64,000 nt of DNA from a virus (IMGVR_UViG_2895442618_000001:26636-90635); one strand, 5' to 3'; positions 18,023 to 26,463 are shown, counted from the stretch's first letter. The notes: a model not told the origin generated them from the sequence alone. Program-made: numbers and translations.

Positions 18023-20968
18023 CTACGCGCGTGATCCGCCGAGCTGGTTGGTGGTGACCTTCGACCCGCCGAGCCCTTGCCCGTCCACCCTTGAGCCGCC
18101 AAGCTCGTGGCGGGCCACGAGCGCGCCGCCGAGTTCGGGAGGCAGGTCCGGGGCCACGCCTGTGGACACGGATGGTGTCGGGATGGACGCCACCGCAGCC
18201 ACGACGGGAGGCCGTGCGGTGGTGGAGATGAGCGCGGCCGGGATGGACGCGTACGCCTCCACCACCTGTGGAGTAGCAGCAACGAGGGTCGTGGTGGTGG
18301 GTGTCGGGACCGCAGCAGTAGCGAGGATCAGAGTGGGTGTGGCCGTGGAGCTGGTGCTCACGGCCGGCCCGGGGATGCTCGCTACGGCGTTGATGGTCGC
18401 GGGTTGGGCGTTGGCGTTGCCGCCGGCTTGGACGGTGGGCGACGGGATCGACGCGCTCGCCTGGATGGTGCCTGGGGTTGCGGTGGCTCCCGTGGCAACG
18501 TCCGGGGTTGGGATGGCCGTAGAGGCGTCCACAGCGCTCGGGGAGGCGGTGGACGACGCGGAGGCCGTGGGAGCGGCTACGGACGCCGTAGCGGCGACTA
18601 CAGGCGCGCTCGCGGTGCTTCCCGCCGAGACGCCCGGGGCAGGGATCGACGCCGCGGCGTGGACGGTGTCCGGTGCTGCGGTCGTGGAGCTGCCCGACTG
18701 GACGGCCGGAGACGGGATCGACGCAACCGCTGTGACCGTGTCGGGGGTGGCGGTCTGCCCGTACGCCACGGTGGGTGTCGGGATCGTGGCCGTCGCGGTG
18801 ACGGTCGCGGGCGTGGCGACCTGGCCGGTGGCGACCTCGGGCGTCGGGATGGCCGTGCTGGCTGTGATCGTGCTGGGCGTTGCGGTTGAGCTCGCCGAGA
18901 CGGTCGCAGCCGGCACGTCCGCCGACGCTTGGACCACGGTGGGGCTCGCCGTTGAGCCTGTCGTGGTTGTGGCCTCGGGGATGGTGGTGGTCGCCGAGAC
19001 CACGGCCGGGCTCGCAGTCGCCCCAGAGGACGTGGTAGGCGCTGGGATCGATGCCGTGGCCTCGACGACGTTCGGGGCGGCTGTCGAGCTTGTGGAGATG
19101 CTCGCGGCCGGGATCGTGGCGGTGGCCGTGACCGTGCTGGGGGACGCCGCGGTGACCGCCGAAACCGCCGGAGATGGCACGGTGGCGGTCGCCTGGACCG
19201 TGGCTGGCGACACGCTCGAACCGGCGCTCACCGCAGGGTCCGGGATGGACGCCGACGCTGCCACGGCATCCGGGTGGGCGACCTTCTCAGCCAGCACCAC
19301 CGGATCTGGGATCGACGCGGATGCGTCCACCGTCGCCGGAGATGCAGTAGCGGCAGCGCTGACGGCCGGGCTGGGGATGGACGCGGACGCGGCGACCACG
19401 CCAGGGCTCGCGGTCGACGACGCCGCCACACCAGGAGCAGAGATCGACGCAGCAGCAGCGACAGTGGACGGTTGCGCGGTCGCGCCCGCCGAAGGCGACA
19501 CAGCCGGCAGGGACGCTGTGGCGGCCACCACGCTCGGCGAAGCGGTAGACCCGGTGCTGGGCGTAGGGGCGGGAACGGACGCCGTGCCGGCGACGACAGC
19601 CGGGGTGGCGGTCGCGTCGACTGCAGCAGCGCCCGGCGCGAGAACGACCGACCAGATGCCGATCGGCCCCGTAGCGCCACCGAACGCGCGGGTGCCGGTA
19701 GCGCCCGGCGTCTCAATCAGCTGGTCGGCTTCGGCGTTGTAGGCGAAGCTTGATGAGGGGGTGCGCAGCGTCATCCCGGCCGGCGCGGTCAACGTCTGCA
19801 CCGACTCGTCCGCGTACAAGCAGACCAGCATCGAGTCCGGGACCGTCGTCGTCACCGACGGGGCGGTAGCGGAGCCGGCAGAGCTTTGGGAGAACACCTC
19901 GGGGGCGGTCGCGCCCCGATAGCAGAGGATGTCCACGATGGGGCCGTCAACGCCCACCCACGTCAGGTCCGGGGCGGAAGCTCCCACGGTCGTGGTCCAG
20001 GCGTTACCGGCGAAATCGGAAGCGGTGCGGTCGTCGCCGAGTTTGGTCCAGCCGTCCGGCCCCGTGGGCGGGGCCGTGGCTTGGATGATGGCGAGGAGGA
20101 TGTCGCCCTGCTGGGCACCCTCGGGCAGGACGCCGGTGAACGACGTCGCATGCGAAGCCGAAACGAACGTGACCTCGCCCGCCGACGTGTCCGGGGTGGG
20201 GATGCTGGCCGTCGCAGCTACCACGGCAGGGGTGGCGGTCGCCGACAGGTCCGCCTGCACGGACGGGCCCGGGATCGACGCCGTAGCAGCCACCACGGCC
20301 GGGGTCGCGGTGGCGTCCGTCCCGCCAGGCTGCCCAAGCGTGATCGAGAAGCCGATCCGGTCCGCTGGCGCGGGCGACACGGTGAAGTTCGCCGTGCCCG
20401 TGGCCGCGCCTGAGGCGAGCGACCGGGTGGCCGTCGAGCAGGCGGCGTTGGTGAACACCACGTTGACGTTGGCGTCGCCGCGTTCGGTGTGCGACGCGGG
20501 CGCGGTGAACGACATCGCTGACGAGCCGCGTGCTGTGCCCACCCGGATCAGCAGGTCCGTTGTGCCGTTCGGGGTGACGGACGGGGTGGTGAGCGTGGTG
20601 CTGGTACCGGAGATCGCTGAGGCGTTGACGATGGTCGAGGCGTCCGCGCCCGACACCGACAGGACGATCACCGCGCTGCCGCCGCCTGAACCCTGCGAAA
20701 ACGTGTAGTTGGTGCCCTCGGAGCCGCCAGCGGTCTTGTACCAGATCTTCACCCCGGCGAGGTTGCTGGCGTCGCCCCACTGGCGGGAGGTCAGCAAACT
20801 CCAGGCCGTGCCACCGCTGGGCGTGCCCATGTTCGCGAACGTGACCAGGTCTGCCGACTGGACCGCGAACACCACATCCCCGGACGCTGTCCCGGCCGGG
20901 ACAGCGCACGTGAACGTGGACGACTGCGACGTGGTCTGAGTGTGGGAGCGGTAAGCGGCGACCACCAC
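18023..20968 (-). CDS. 981-aa repeat-rich putative tail fibre / virion surface protein
   Basis: Two related beta-rich domains plus about 24 copies of a 22-aa xxxTAxPxxVxAxAxIPxPxVx repeat. Confidence 0.6.
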   Translation of the reverse strand: MVVAAYRSHTQTTSQSSTFTCAVPAGTASGDVVFAVQSADLVTFANMGTPSGGTAWSLLTSRQWGDASNLAGVKIWYKTAGGSEGTNYTFSQGSGGGSAVIVLSVSGADASTIVNASAISGTSTTLTTPSVTPNGTTDLLIRVGTARGSSAMSFTAPASHTERGDANVNVVFTNAACSTATRSLASGAATGTANFTVSPAPADRIGFSITLGQPGGTDATATPAVVAATASIPGPSVQADLSATATPAVVAATASIPTPDTSAGEVTFVSASHATSFTGVLPEGAQQGDILLAIIQATAPPTGPDGWTKLGDDRTASDFAGNAWTTTVGASAPDLTWVGVDGPIVDILCYRGATAPEVFSQSSAGSATAPSVTTTVPDSMLVCLYADESVQTLTAPAGMTLRTPSSSFAYNAEADQLIETPGATGTRAFGGATGPIGIWSVVLAPGAAAVDATATPAVVAGTASVPAPTPSTGSTASPSVVAATASLPAVSPSAGATAQPSTVAAAASISAPGVAASSTASPGVVAASASIPSPAVSAAATASPATVDASASIPDPVVLAEKVAHPDAVAASASIPDPAVSAGSSVSPATVQATATVPSPAVSAVTAASPSTVTATATIPAASISTSSTAAPNVVEATASIPAPTTSSGATASPAVVSATTTIPEATTTTGSTASPTVVQASADVPAATVSASSTATPSTITASTAIPTPEVATGQVATPATVTATATIPTPTVAYGQTATPDTVTAVASIPSPAVQSGSSTTAAPDTVHAAASIPAPGVSAGSTASAPVVAATASVAAPTASASSTASPSAVDASTAIPTPDVATGATATPGTIQASASIPSPTVQAGGNANAQPATINAVASIPGPAVSTSSTATPTLILATAAVPTPTTTTLVAATPQVVEAYASIPAALISTTARPPVVAAVASIPTPSVSTGVAPDLPPELGGALVARHELGGSRVDGQGLGGSKVTTNQLGGSRA

Positions 20969-20983
20969 GACCCCCAGACACGC

Positions 20984-21003
20984 GAAAGCCGCCCGTAGGC
21001 GGC
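20984..21003 (-). terminator. Probable intrinsic terminator
   Basis: GCCGCC-TACG-GGCGGC-TTT on minus strand. Confidence 0.55.
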
Positions 21004-21033
21004 GAGGTCAGGCGGCGGGCGCGCAGGTCACGG

Positions 21034-21495
21034 CTAACTGTTGAGCGTCACCGTGAAGATCCCGCTCGCGTTCCAGGTGATCGCAAGCGTTCCGTTCGAG
21101 GTGGAATACCCGCTTCCCAGGTTGACGAGCACGACCGCGTTCTTACCGGTCAGACCGTCCGCGTAGATCAGCGCACCCTTAGCGCCCGTGATCGTCGAGG
21201 ACGTCCACGACGAGTCGGCGGCGTCGAACTTCAGCACCCCGGACGCGCCCGTGAGCGCGGCGGTTCCGAGGACCGCGCCGCCGGCCGTGTAGCCGGTGCC
21301 GGAGACTTCGTTCGACGCCCACACGCCGGCGCCGTACGCGGCAGATGCGGCCACCGCATCGAAGTCGGGGACGACGCTGTCCGTGAAGAGGGCCACCTTG
21401 AACATGTCGTCGTCGTCCAGGTCCAGCCCGATCTGGGACGCGCCCAGCGTGGCGACGAACGTCGAAGTGAAGAAGCCGCTCGAAGTAATCGACAT
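21034..21495 (-). CDS. Putative minor tail / fibre-associated structural protein
   Basis: FKVALFT...NEVSGTGYTAGGAVL...FDAADSSW...GTLAITWNASGIF pattern typical of phage fibre modules. Confidence 0.6.
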   Translation of the reverse strand: MSITSSGFFTSTFVATLGASQIGLDLDDDDMFKVALFTDSVVPDFDAVAASAAYGAGVWASNEVSGTGYTAGGAVLGTAALTGASGVLKFDAADSSWTSSTITGAKGALIYADGLTGKNAVVLVNLGSGYSTSNGTLAITWNASGIFTVTLNS

Positions 21496-21500
21496 GATGA

Positions 21501-21788
21501 TCAGCCCCTCGACTGCTCGTTAGCGCCGCTGCTCGTGGTCGTGGCGACGGTGGCGCGGATGGTTTCCGTGGACTTGATGTGCACGGACTGTTGGTCGTTG
21601 CCGTGCTGGATGACGTCGTTGCCGAGCTGGTCGGTGACGACTTTGAAGCGGCGGCCGTCTTCGCCGACGCCCTCGCGCACCTGGTCGTGGGTGGCGTTCG
21701 TCCATCCGCCGGCACGGGTCTGGACGCCCTTCTCGCGGAGCCACCTGCCGTAGGAGCCGTGGAGGGAGGGGTCGTACTCGTCGGCCAC
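21501..21788 (-). CDS. Hypothetical protein
   Basis: 95 aa with GAGGAGG RBS. Confidence 0.65.
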   Translation of the reverse strand: MADEYDPSLHGSYGRWLREKGVQTRAGGWTNATHDQVREGVGEDGRRFKVVTDQLGNDVIQHGNDQQSVHIKSTETIRATVATTTSSGANEQSRG

Positions 21789-21810
21789 GCGACCACCTCC
21801 TCAGGCGTGC

Positions 21811-21830
21811 GAAAGCCCGCCGTGGTGGGC
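21811..21830 (-). terminator. Probable intrinsic terminator
   Basis: GCCCAC-CACG-GCGGGC-TTTC, near-identical to the 3552-3573 terminator. Confidence 0.55.
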
Positions 21831-21904
21831 GGGTCTCGGGGTGGTACAGGGCTAGAACCCCAAAGACCACAGACGCGCCGTGCGTATCCGGCTACCGTCC
21901 GGGC

Positions 21905-22051
21905 ATGGGCAAAAAGGACGACGACGAAGCCCCACCGATCTGCGGCGTGTGTCTCGGCGCGCAGGGGGAGTGGATGGAGATGAACGGCGAGGAGAACAAG
22001 CAGCGGAAATGGGTTCCGTGCTCGGCGTGCGGCGGGACAGGGCGCGGATGA
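21905..22051 (+). CDS. 48-aa DnaJ-type zinc-finger protein
   Basis: Hand-translated MGKKDDDEAPPICGVCLGAQG...VPCSACGGTGRG; TACCGT 6 nt before ATG. Confidence 0.6.
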   Translation: MGKKDDDEAPPICGVCLGAQGEWMEMNGEENKQRKWVPCSACGGTGRG

Positions 22052-22356
22052 CCGACCCGATCACCTGCCCCGAGTGCCAGGGCAGCAAGGGCGAGCTGGT
22101 CGGCCCGCTGTTCCTCGCGTGCCGCTTCTGCGGCGGGCTCGGCTGGGTCGGCGGCGACAATGAGCCGGCGGAAGCGTGCTCCAAGCCGCCGCCACCGGAG
22201 CCGACCGCGACGAACCACCGGGTGTGGTCCGATCCTGTGGTCTCGGCTGCGTTCCCGTGCCGTCTGTGTTTCGGGTCGCGGAAGGTCGCCCACTTCGATC
22301 GGGAGGCGGGGACGCTCGTTCAGGTGCCGTGCCGGTGCGCGGGCGGAGAGGCGTAG
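22048..22356 (+). CDS. DnaJ-type zinc-finger protein
   Basis: ATGA overlap; CPECQGSKG, CRFCGGLG, CRLCFG, PCRC. Confidence 0.65.
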   Translation: MTDPITCPECQGSKGELVGPLFLACRFCGGLGWVGGDNEPAEACSKPPPPEPTATNHRVWSDPVVSAAFPCRLCFGSRKVAHFDREAGTLVQVPCRCAGGEA

Positions 22357-22524
22357 CTACGGCAGCGCGCTCAGGTCTCCGAGGTCAGCGAGGAACTGCG
22401 GATGCCGGAAGAGGACGTGGCAGTCGCACAAGAGGCGGCCGTCCGACTGGACGTAGGATCAGCGCGAGGCGTGGTTCTCTGCCGGGACGGAGCGGGAGAT
22501 CTTCCAGCCTGTGGCGAAGTCCAT
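22357..22524 (-). pseudogene. Small Cys-rich ORF interrupted by in-frame TGA
   Basis: MDFATGWKISRSVPAENHASR*SYVQSDGRLLCDCHVLFRHPQFLADLGDLSALP in one frame. Confidence 0.4.
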
Positions 22525-22784
22525 CAGTCCACGCCCCACGGCTGGAGAGTCCCGTCGTGGGCGATGTGGAGCACCCGGTCCCGCCGGGCTGTGAGGCAGT
22601 CGTCGCACACGTTCACGTCCAGGCGGGAGCCGTCCATCGGGTCGAACACGGTGGACCCGTAGTGGCCAGTCGTCGTGAACGTGGTCGCCCCGGACGGCTG
22701 GTTGATGCACGCTCCGGGCAGGGCCGACGTGAGGGGCTTGCCGCAGGCCAGGCACGGGAGGGTGAGGTCCGAGCGGTCGGGCAT
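22524..22784 (-). CDS. Hypothetical Cys-containing protein
   Basis: ATG 22784; CLACGK...VCDDC; GHYGSTVFDPM. Confidence 0.6.
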   Translation of the reverse strand: MPDRSDLTLPCLACGKPLTSALPGACINQPSGATTFTTTGHYGSTVFDPMDGSRLDVNVCDDCLTARRDRVLHIAHDGTLQPWGVD

Positions 22785-22839
22785 GAGGGGCTCCCGAGGA
22801 TGAGGGGTTGATGTCCGGGCGGGCAGCCAAGCATGCGGC

Positions 22840-22990
22840 TTGACATCCTCCCCCGCCTGGCGGCGGGGAATTCCAACGGCAACTACCTCACGGGGAGGAT
22901 GTCGTGTTGAGGTTCGCGGTTCACCGGCCCGCCCAACGGCGGGCCTCCCCGCGCAGACACGGCATGCCCTGCCGCGTGTTTGATGTTCCT
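22840..22990 (-). ncRNA. TnpB omegaRNA scaffold / IS200-IS605 right end
   Basis: Ends GGAATTCCCCGCCGCCAGGCGGGGGAGGATGTCAA (TCAA at 22843-22840); GACATCCTCCCC complement inside tnpB 3' end; 5' boundary approximate. Confidence 0.7.
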
Positions 22991-24094
22991 GGCCGCGTTC
23001 ACGTCGGCGTTGCAGGCGTATCCGCAGGATCGGCAACGGAAGTCGGCTTGGCTCTCGCGCGACTTCGCGTCCACGATCCCGCACGCCGAGCAACGCTGAC
23101 TCGTGTACGCGGGGTTGATCTTCACGATTCGGCCCGGGGCCTTGTGTTCCAGCCGTTCGACCAGTTGTCCCCAGCCCGCCGCGAGGATGCCTCGGTTCAG
23201 CCCGGCCTTCTGCCGGACGTTCCGGCCCGGCGCGTCGATGGTGCCTTTGGCCGATCGGGTCATGTTGCGGATCTTCAGGTCTTCGACCGCGATCACGTCG
23301 AAGCGGCGTGCGAGGTCGGTGCTGGTCTTCTCAATCCAGTCCTTGCGGCGATCCGTGTCCCGCGCCTTCAGTTTCGCGATGGCGGCCTTCACCTTGCTCC
23401 GCCGGTTCGACCCGCGCTGGGCACGGGCCAGTTTGCGGAGCAGTCGCAGGAGGCGGGCCTTCTCGGTGTCACGATACGTTGGCGCATGCAGCAACTCGCC
23501 CGTAGACAACGCGGCAGACACAACAACGCCACGATCAACGCCAACAACGTCACCCGTGCCGGGTGCTGAGATCGGTTCCGGTATAGCCGCGAAGGCGACA
23601 TGCCAGCGACCTGAAGCGTCTCGGGTGATCCTGAACGACTTGACGTCTTCGGGGACGGCACGCGACCAGCGGAAGCGGACCCAGCCCACTTTGGGGACCT
23701 TGACCTCGCCGACATTGCGGGAAACGCGGCGGACATCCCACTTACCGTGGCGTCCGGCTCCACGCTGCCCAACTATGCGAAATCCTTCCATCCGCCCGCG
23801 CTTGCGCCATGTCGGCTTGCGGTGACTGCCACCGAAGAAGTTGGCCATAGCCTGCGCGAAATCCTTCAGCGCCTGCTGCTGCACCATCTGGCTGCCTGCG
23901 CGCAGCCACTCAAACTCTGCGCGGGCCTCGGTTAATTGGCGACACTGCTCGGCGAACCCGGGCGCGCTCTTACGTCCTGGCCTCCAGTGGGAGCACTGCT
24001 CAAGCGCCAGATTCCAGACGAACCGGGCATGCCCGCAATGCTCCAGCAACGCCACCTCTTGGGCAGGCGTCGGCGTGAGGCGGTAGCGGGACAC
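22883..24094 (-). CDS. tnpB: RNA-guided endonuclease TnpB (IS200/IS605/IS607 OrfB)
   Basis: SRYRLTPT N-terminus; RuvC GVDRG, AVEDL, NADVNAARNI all intact; CSACG/CRSCG zinc ribbon. Confidence 0.92.
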   Translation of the reverse strand: MSRYRLTPTPAQEVALLEHCGHARFVWNLALEQCSHWRPGRKSAPGFAEQCRQLTEARAEFEWLRAGSQMVQQQALKDFAQAMANFFGGSHRKPTWRKRGRMEGFRIVGQRGAGRHGKWDVRRVSRNVGEVKVPKVGWVRFRWSRAVPEDVKSFRITRDASGRWHVAFAAIPEPISAPGTGDVVGVDRGVVVSAALSTGELLHAPTYRDTEKARLLRLLRKLARAQRGSNRRSKVKAAIAKLKARDTDRRKDWIEKTSTDLARRFDVIAVEDLKIRNMTRSAKGTIDAPGRNVRQKAGLNRGILAAGWGQLVERLEHKAPGRIVKINPAYTSQRCSACGIVDAKSRESQADFRCRSCGYACNADVNAARNIKHAAGHAVSARGGPPLGGPVNREPQHDILPVR

Positions 24095-24110
24095 GGCAGG
24101 CTAACCCTTC

Positions 24111-24135
24111 TTTAACCCAACTGTCTTGGGTTAAA
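24111..24135. promoter_or_regulatory. Perfect palindrome between tnpB and HTH gene
   Basis: TTTAACCCAA-CTGTC-TTGGGTTAAA. Confidence 0.6.
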
Positions 24136-24156
24136 GCTTACCCTAATCTGTTGGGT

Positions 24157-24348
24157 GTGGAGGACTACCTGACCACCAAGCAAGCTGCCGTGATCCTCGG
24201 AGTGGACGAGCGGACGGTGTACTACTACGCCCGCGATCACGAGGACTTCCCCGAGCCGAAGCGGTTCGGACGGGCGCTCATGTGGCAGGAAGCGCCGCTA
24301 CGCGAGTGGCGGGCCAAGCACCCTGCGCGCCCCCGCGAGGAGACTTGA
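24157..24348 (+). CDS. AlpA/excisionase-like HTH protein, probably leaderless
   Basis: YLTTKQAAVILGVDERTVYYY...FPEPKRFGRALMW; TAATCT 7 nt before GTG. Confidence 0.8.
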   Translation: MEDYLTTKQAAVILGVDERTVYYYARDHEDFPEPKRFGRALMWQEAPLREWRAKHPARPREET

Positions 24349-24402
24349 GTGGTGCACCGGGCGAACGACCGGCGTGCAGTCAGAGTCGCTCGCCCGGAGT
24401 CT

Positions 24403-24627
24403 TTATTCGGCTCTCGCCTGGTCTCTCTCCCGTACGAACCACAGCAGGGCGCACCACAGCAACACCTGCACGAGAGTCGTCCCGGACAGGACAGGCCAAC
24501 CCTCTGGGGCGAACGCCCGATAGTTCCAGGCAGCCAACTCCAGAGGGATCATCCCTTTGAGGACCATTGCCGCTTCGCTGCCAGCAGGGTCGGCGTATGC
24601 CCGCCAGGCACGGTGGAGGGCGTTCAT
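24403..24627 (-). CDS. Small membrane protein
   Basis: C-terminal hydrophobic LVQVLLWCALLWFV. Confidence 0.55.
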   Translation of the reverse strand: MNALHRAWRAYADPAGSEAAMVLKGMIPLELAAWNYRAFAPEGWPVLSGTTLVQVLLWCALLWFVRERDQARAE

Positions 24628-24809
24628 GACCGCGCCCGCGAGGTGAGCACCAGCCGTCTGACTGCCGCCTCCTCGTACACGATCACCCGGTCCTGTCCTT
24701 CAGAGAGGATCCGGGATCGGGCGGGATCAGCGGCCACGCGCCGGGTCGGCTGCCAGCGCCGCATCCACTCGGCCACCTCGTGCAGGTGGGCGGCGGTGAG
24801 CGCGGCCAT
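24624..24809 (-). CDS. Hypothetical protein
   Basis: ATG 24809; coupled overlaps at both ends. Confidence 0.5.
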   Translation of the reverse strand: MAALTAAHLHEVAEWMRRWQPTRRVAADPARSRILSEGQDRVIVYEEAAVRRLVLTSRARS

Positions 24810-25081
24810 CAGCCCTGCCCCTCGTCGCCCTGGTGCTCGCTTCCGGATGCGTCGTCGCCGGGCTCGCTCACCTCTTCGGTGGTCGCTTCCCGTACCGACA
24901 GGGAGACGACATGCCGGGTGTCGTGGGAGTGGTGGCAATCCACCGTGGTCTTGTCGCTGACACCCTCAGCGTCGAGGGCGCGAACGAAGTCCCTGAGCGC
25001 CCACACCGTCATGCTGCCCTGGTAAGGCGGGCGGCTGCGGATGTACAGGGACGCTGAGCGGGTTCGCTTGACCTCGGCCAT
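24809..25081 (-). CDS. Hypothetical protein
   Basis: ATG 25081 MAEVKRTR; TGATG overlap. Confidence 0.55.
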   Translation of the reverse strand: MAEVKRTRSASLYIRSRPPYQGSMTVWALRDFVRALDAEGVSDKTTVDCHHSHDTRHVVSLSVREATTEEVSEPGDDASGSEHQGDEGQG

Positions 25082-25479
25082 CAGACCCGCGCCTCCTCGC
25101 TGGGAGGCTCCTCTGGCGAGCAGGTGCACGGCCGCTTGCCGCACTCTTGGCACCGGCCAAGCCGGGCACACATCTCCCGCGCAACCCGCTCAGGATCTAC
25201 GCCCGGAACGTTGAGACGGACCTCATGGGTCCGGCTCGGCTCGACGGCGGGGGCTTCGGCGTACCCGTCCACAACCTCGACCGTCTCGTCAGTGATGATC
25301 ACCGACCGGGCACCGCACTCCTGGGCGAACTCCCGCCACCGCCGCGCCATGACGTCGGCTACGTGCGGTGACATGAGGTTCGGGTCGTCGTAGCGGCACT
25401 GATCCACGACCAGCGCGAACGGCTCCTCAAGGTCGTCGCCGACCATGACGGCAGGGAGGGGCAAGATCTGGATGCGCAT
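25081..25479 (-). CDS. Hypothetical protein
   Basis: ATG 25479 MRIQILPLP...PFALVVDQ. Confidence 0.6.
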   Translation of the reverse strand: MRIQILPLPAVMVGDDLEEPFALVVDQCRYDDPNLMSPHVADVMARRWREFAQECGARSVIITDETVEVVDGYAEAPAVEPSRTHEVRLNVPGVDPERVAREMCARLGRCQECGKRPCTCSPEEPPSEEARV

Positions 25480-25964
25480 CAGGCGTCCACCTCGCCGGGC
25501 GTCCACACGCACTTCTCCGAGTCCCACACCATGCCGAGCGTCCTGTTGTTCAGCCACTCGGCGCGGCGCTCGCCGTACACCTTCAGGACGCGCTCAGCGT
25601 CCCAGCCTTCGACGGTGAGCGACGCCTTTCCCTTGGCGTAGCCACCCATCCAGCGATGCTCCACGTGATTGGGTCGCGCGTCGAAGTCGCGCCGCCGCCC
25701 TTCAATGGGGCGCGGGTTGGTGAGGGTGAGCATGTAGTCAGGGCGGTGTCCGTGGCCGGACATCGGCACCTCGTGATCTCCGTCAGGCTCGTCGGGCCAC
25801 CAGGTGAGCGAATACCAGACGCGCGTCTCGACAGGTCCCTCGTGCAGCTCGAACTCTTCGACCCGGTCGGCCAGCTCGTACGCTTCGGCGTCCTCGCGCC
25901 TGGCGAAGACGTGATCGATTTCGTAGTCCGAGTAGGCGCCACTCGTGGCTAGGTACACCTTCAT
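25479..25964 (-). CDS. Hypothetical protein
   Basis: 161 aa MKVYLATSGAYSDYEIDHVF; GGAGAG RBS. Confidence 0.65.
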   Translation of the reverse strand: MKVYLATSGAYSDYEIDHVFARREDAEAYELADRVEEFELHEGPVETRVWYSLTWWPDEPDGDHEVPMSGHGHRPDYMLTLTNPRPIEGRRRDFDARPNHVEHRWMGGYAKGKASLTVEGWDAERVLKVYGERRAEWLNNRTLGMVWDSEKCVWTPGEVDA

Positions 25965-26184
25965 TGGTGCTCTCCAAGGGGGTTCCAGGGGGTCTACCGC
26001 GCGACCGGACCTGACCCCCCAGCTAGGCCCGGCCGCACGTCTTTGGTTGGTCGCCCGACCCCGCGACCCTCACGACACGAGGGCCGGGCGACCAGGGTGG
26101 GGCTCGACGCTGAACCATCGGGGAAGAACAGCGGAGCCGACGCACTCCTCACGGGAGCGCGCGTCTCAGGGTTTCTAGCGGTGT

Positions 26185-26406
26185 CTAGGCAGCGACGTTG
26201 TCCGGCCGGCGCGCGTGCTTCCGAGTCGCGTACTCGGCCTTCGCAACGGCCAGCTGCGTGAAAAGCATCTGACCGCGCTCGTCCCGGCCTACAGGCTCCA
26301 GGTGTCCGCGCTTCACCCACTGGCGGACAGCCGGCGGCTTCACACCGCACAGCGCCGCAGCTTCGGCAGTGGTGACGTACACCTCTTCGGGGTCGTAGTC
26401 GGCCAC
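26185..26406 (-). CDS. MerR-like HTH DNA-binding protein
   Basis: GTG 26406; VTTAEAAALCGVKPPAVRQWVKRGHL. Confidence 0.8.
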   Translation of the reverse strand: MADYDPEEVYVTTAEAAALCGVKPPAVRQWVKRGHLEPVGRDERGQMLFTQLAVAKAEYATRKHARRPDNVAA

Positions 26407-26426
26407 GGCCACCTCCCCCGCACACG

Positions 26427-26463
26427 AAAAAGCCCCGGCCTGGAATCTCTTCCTGACCGGGGC
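26427..26463 (-). terminator. Intrinsic terminator
   Basis: GCCCCGG...CCGGGGC followed by T5 on minus strand. Confidence 0.7.

Noticed and set aside
17781-19742. 653-aa plus-strand Ala/Val/Gly-rich ORF
   Set aside because: Mirror frame of the repeat protein; the minus-strand gene fits the operon and neighbouring genes.
22459-22461. Selenocysteine codon
   Set aside because: No SECIS-like element or redox motif recognised; a nonsense mutation is simpler.
24111-24135. IS605 left-end hairpin
   Set aside because: No sequence similarity to the right-end hairpin; an operator is preferred, though a left end cannot be excluded without an empty-site comparison.
24157-24348. IS607 TnpA remnant
   Set aside because: Opposite orientation to tnpB, no serine-recombinase domain, and an AlpA-like pattern.
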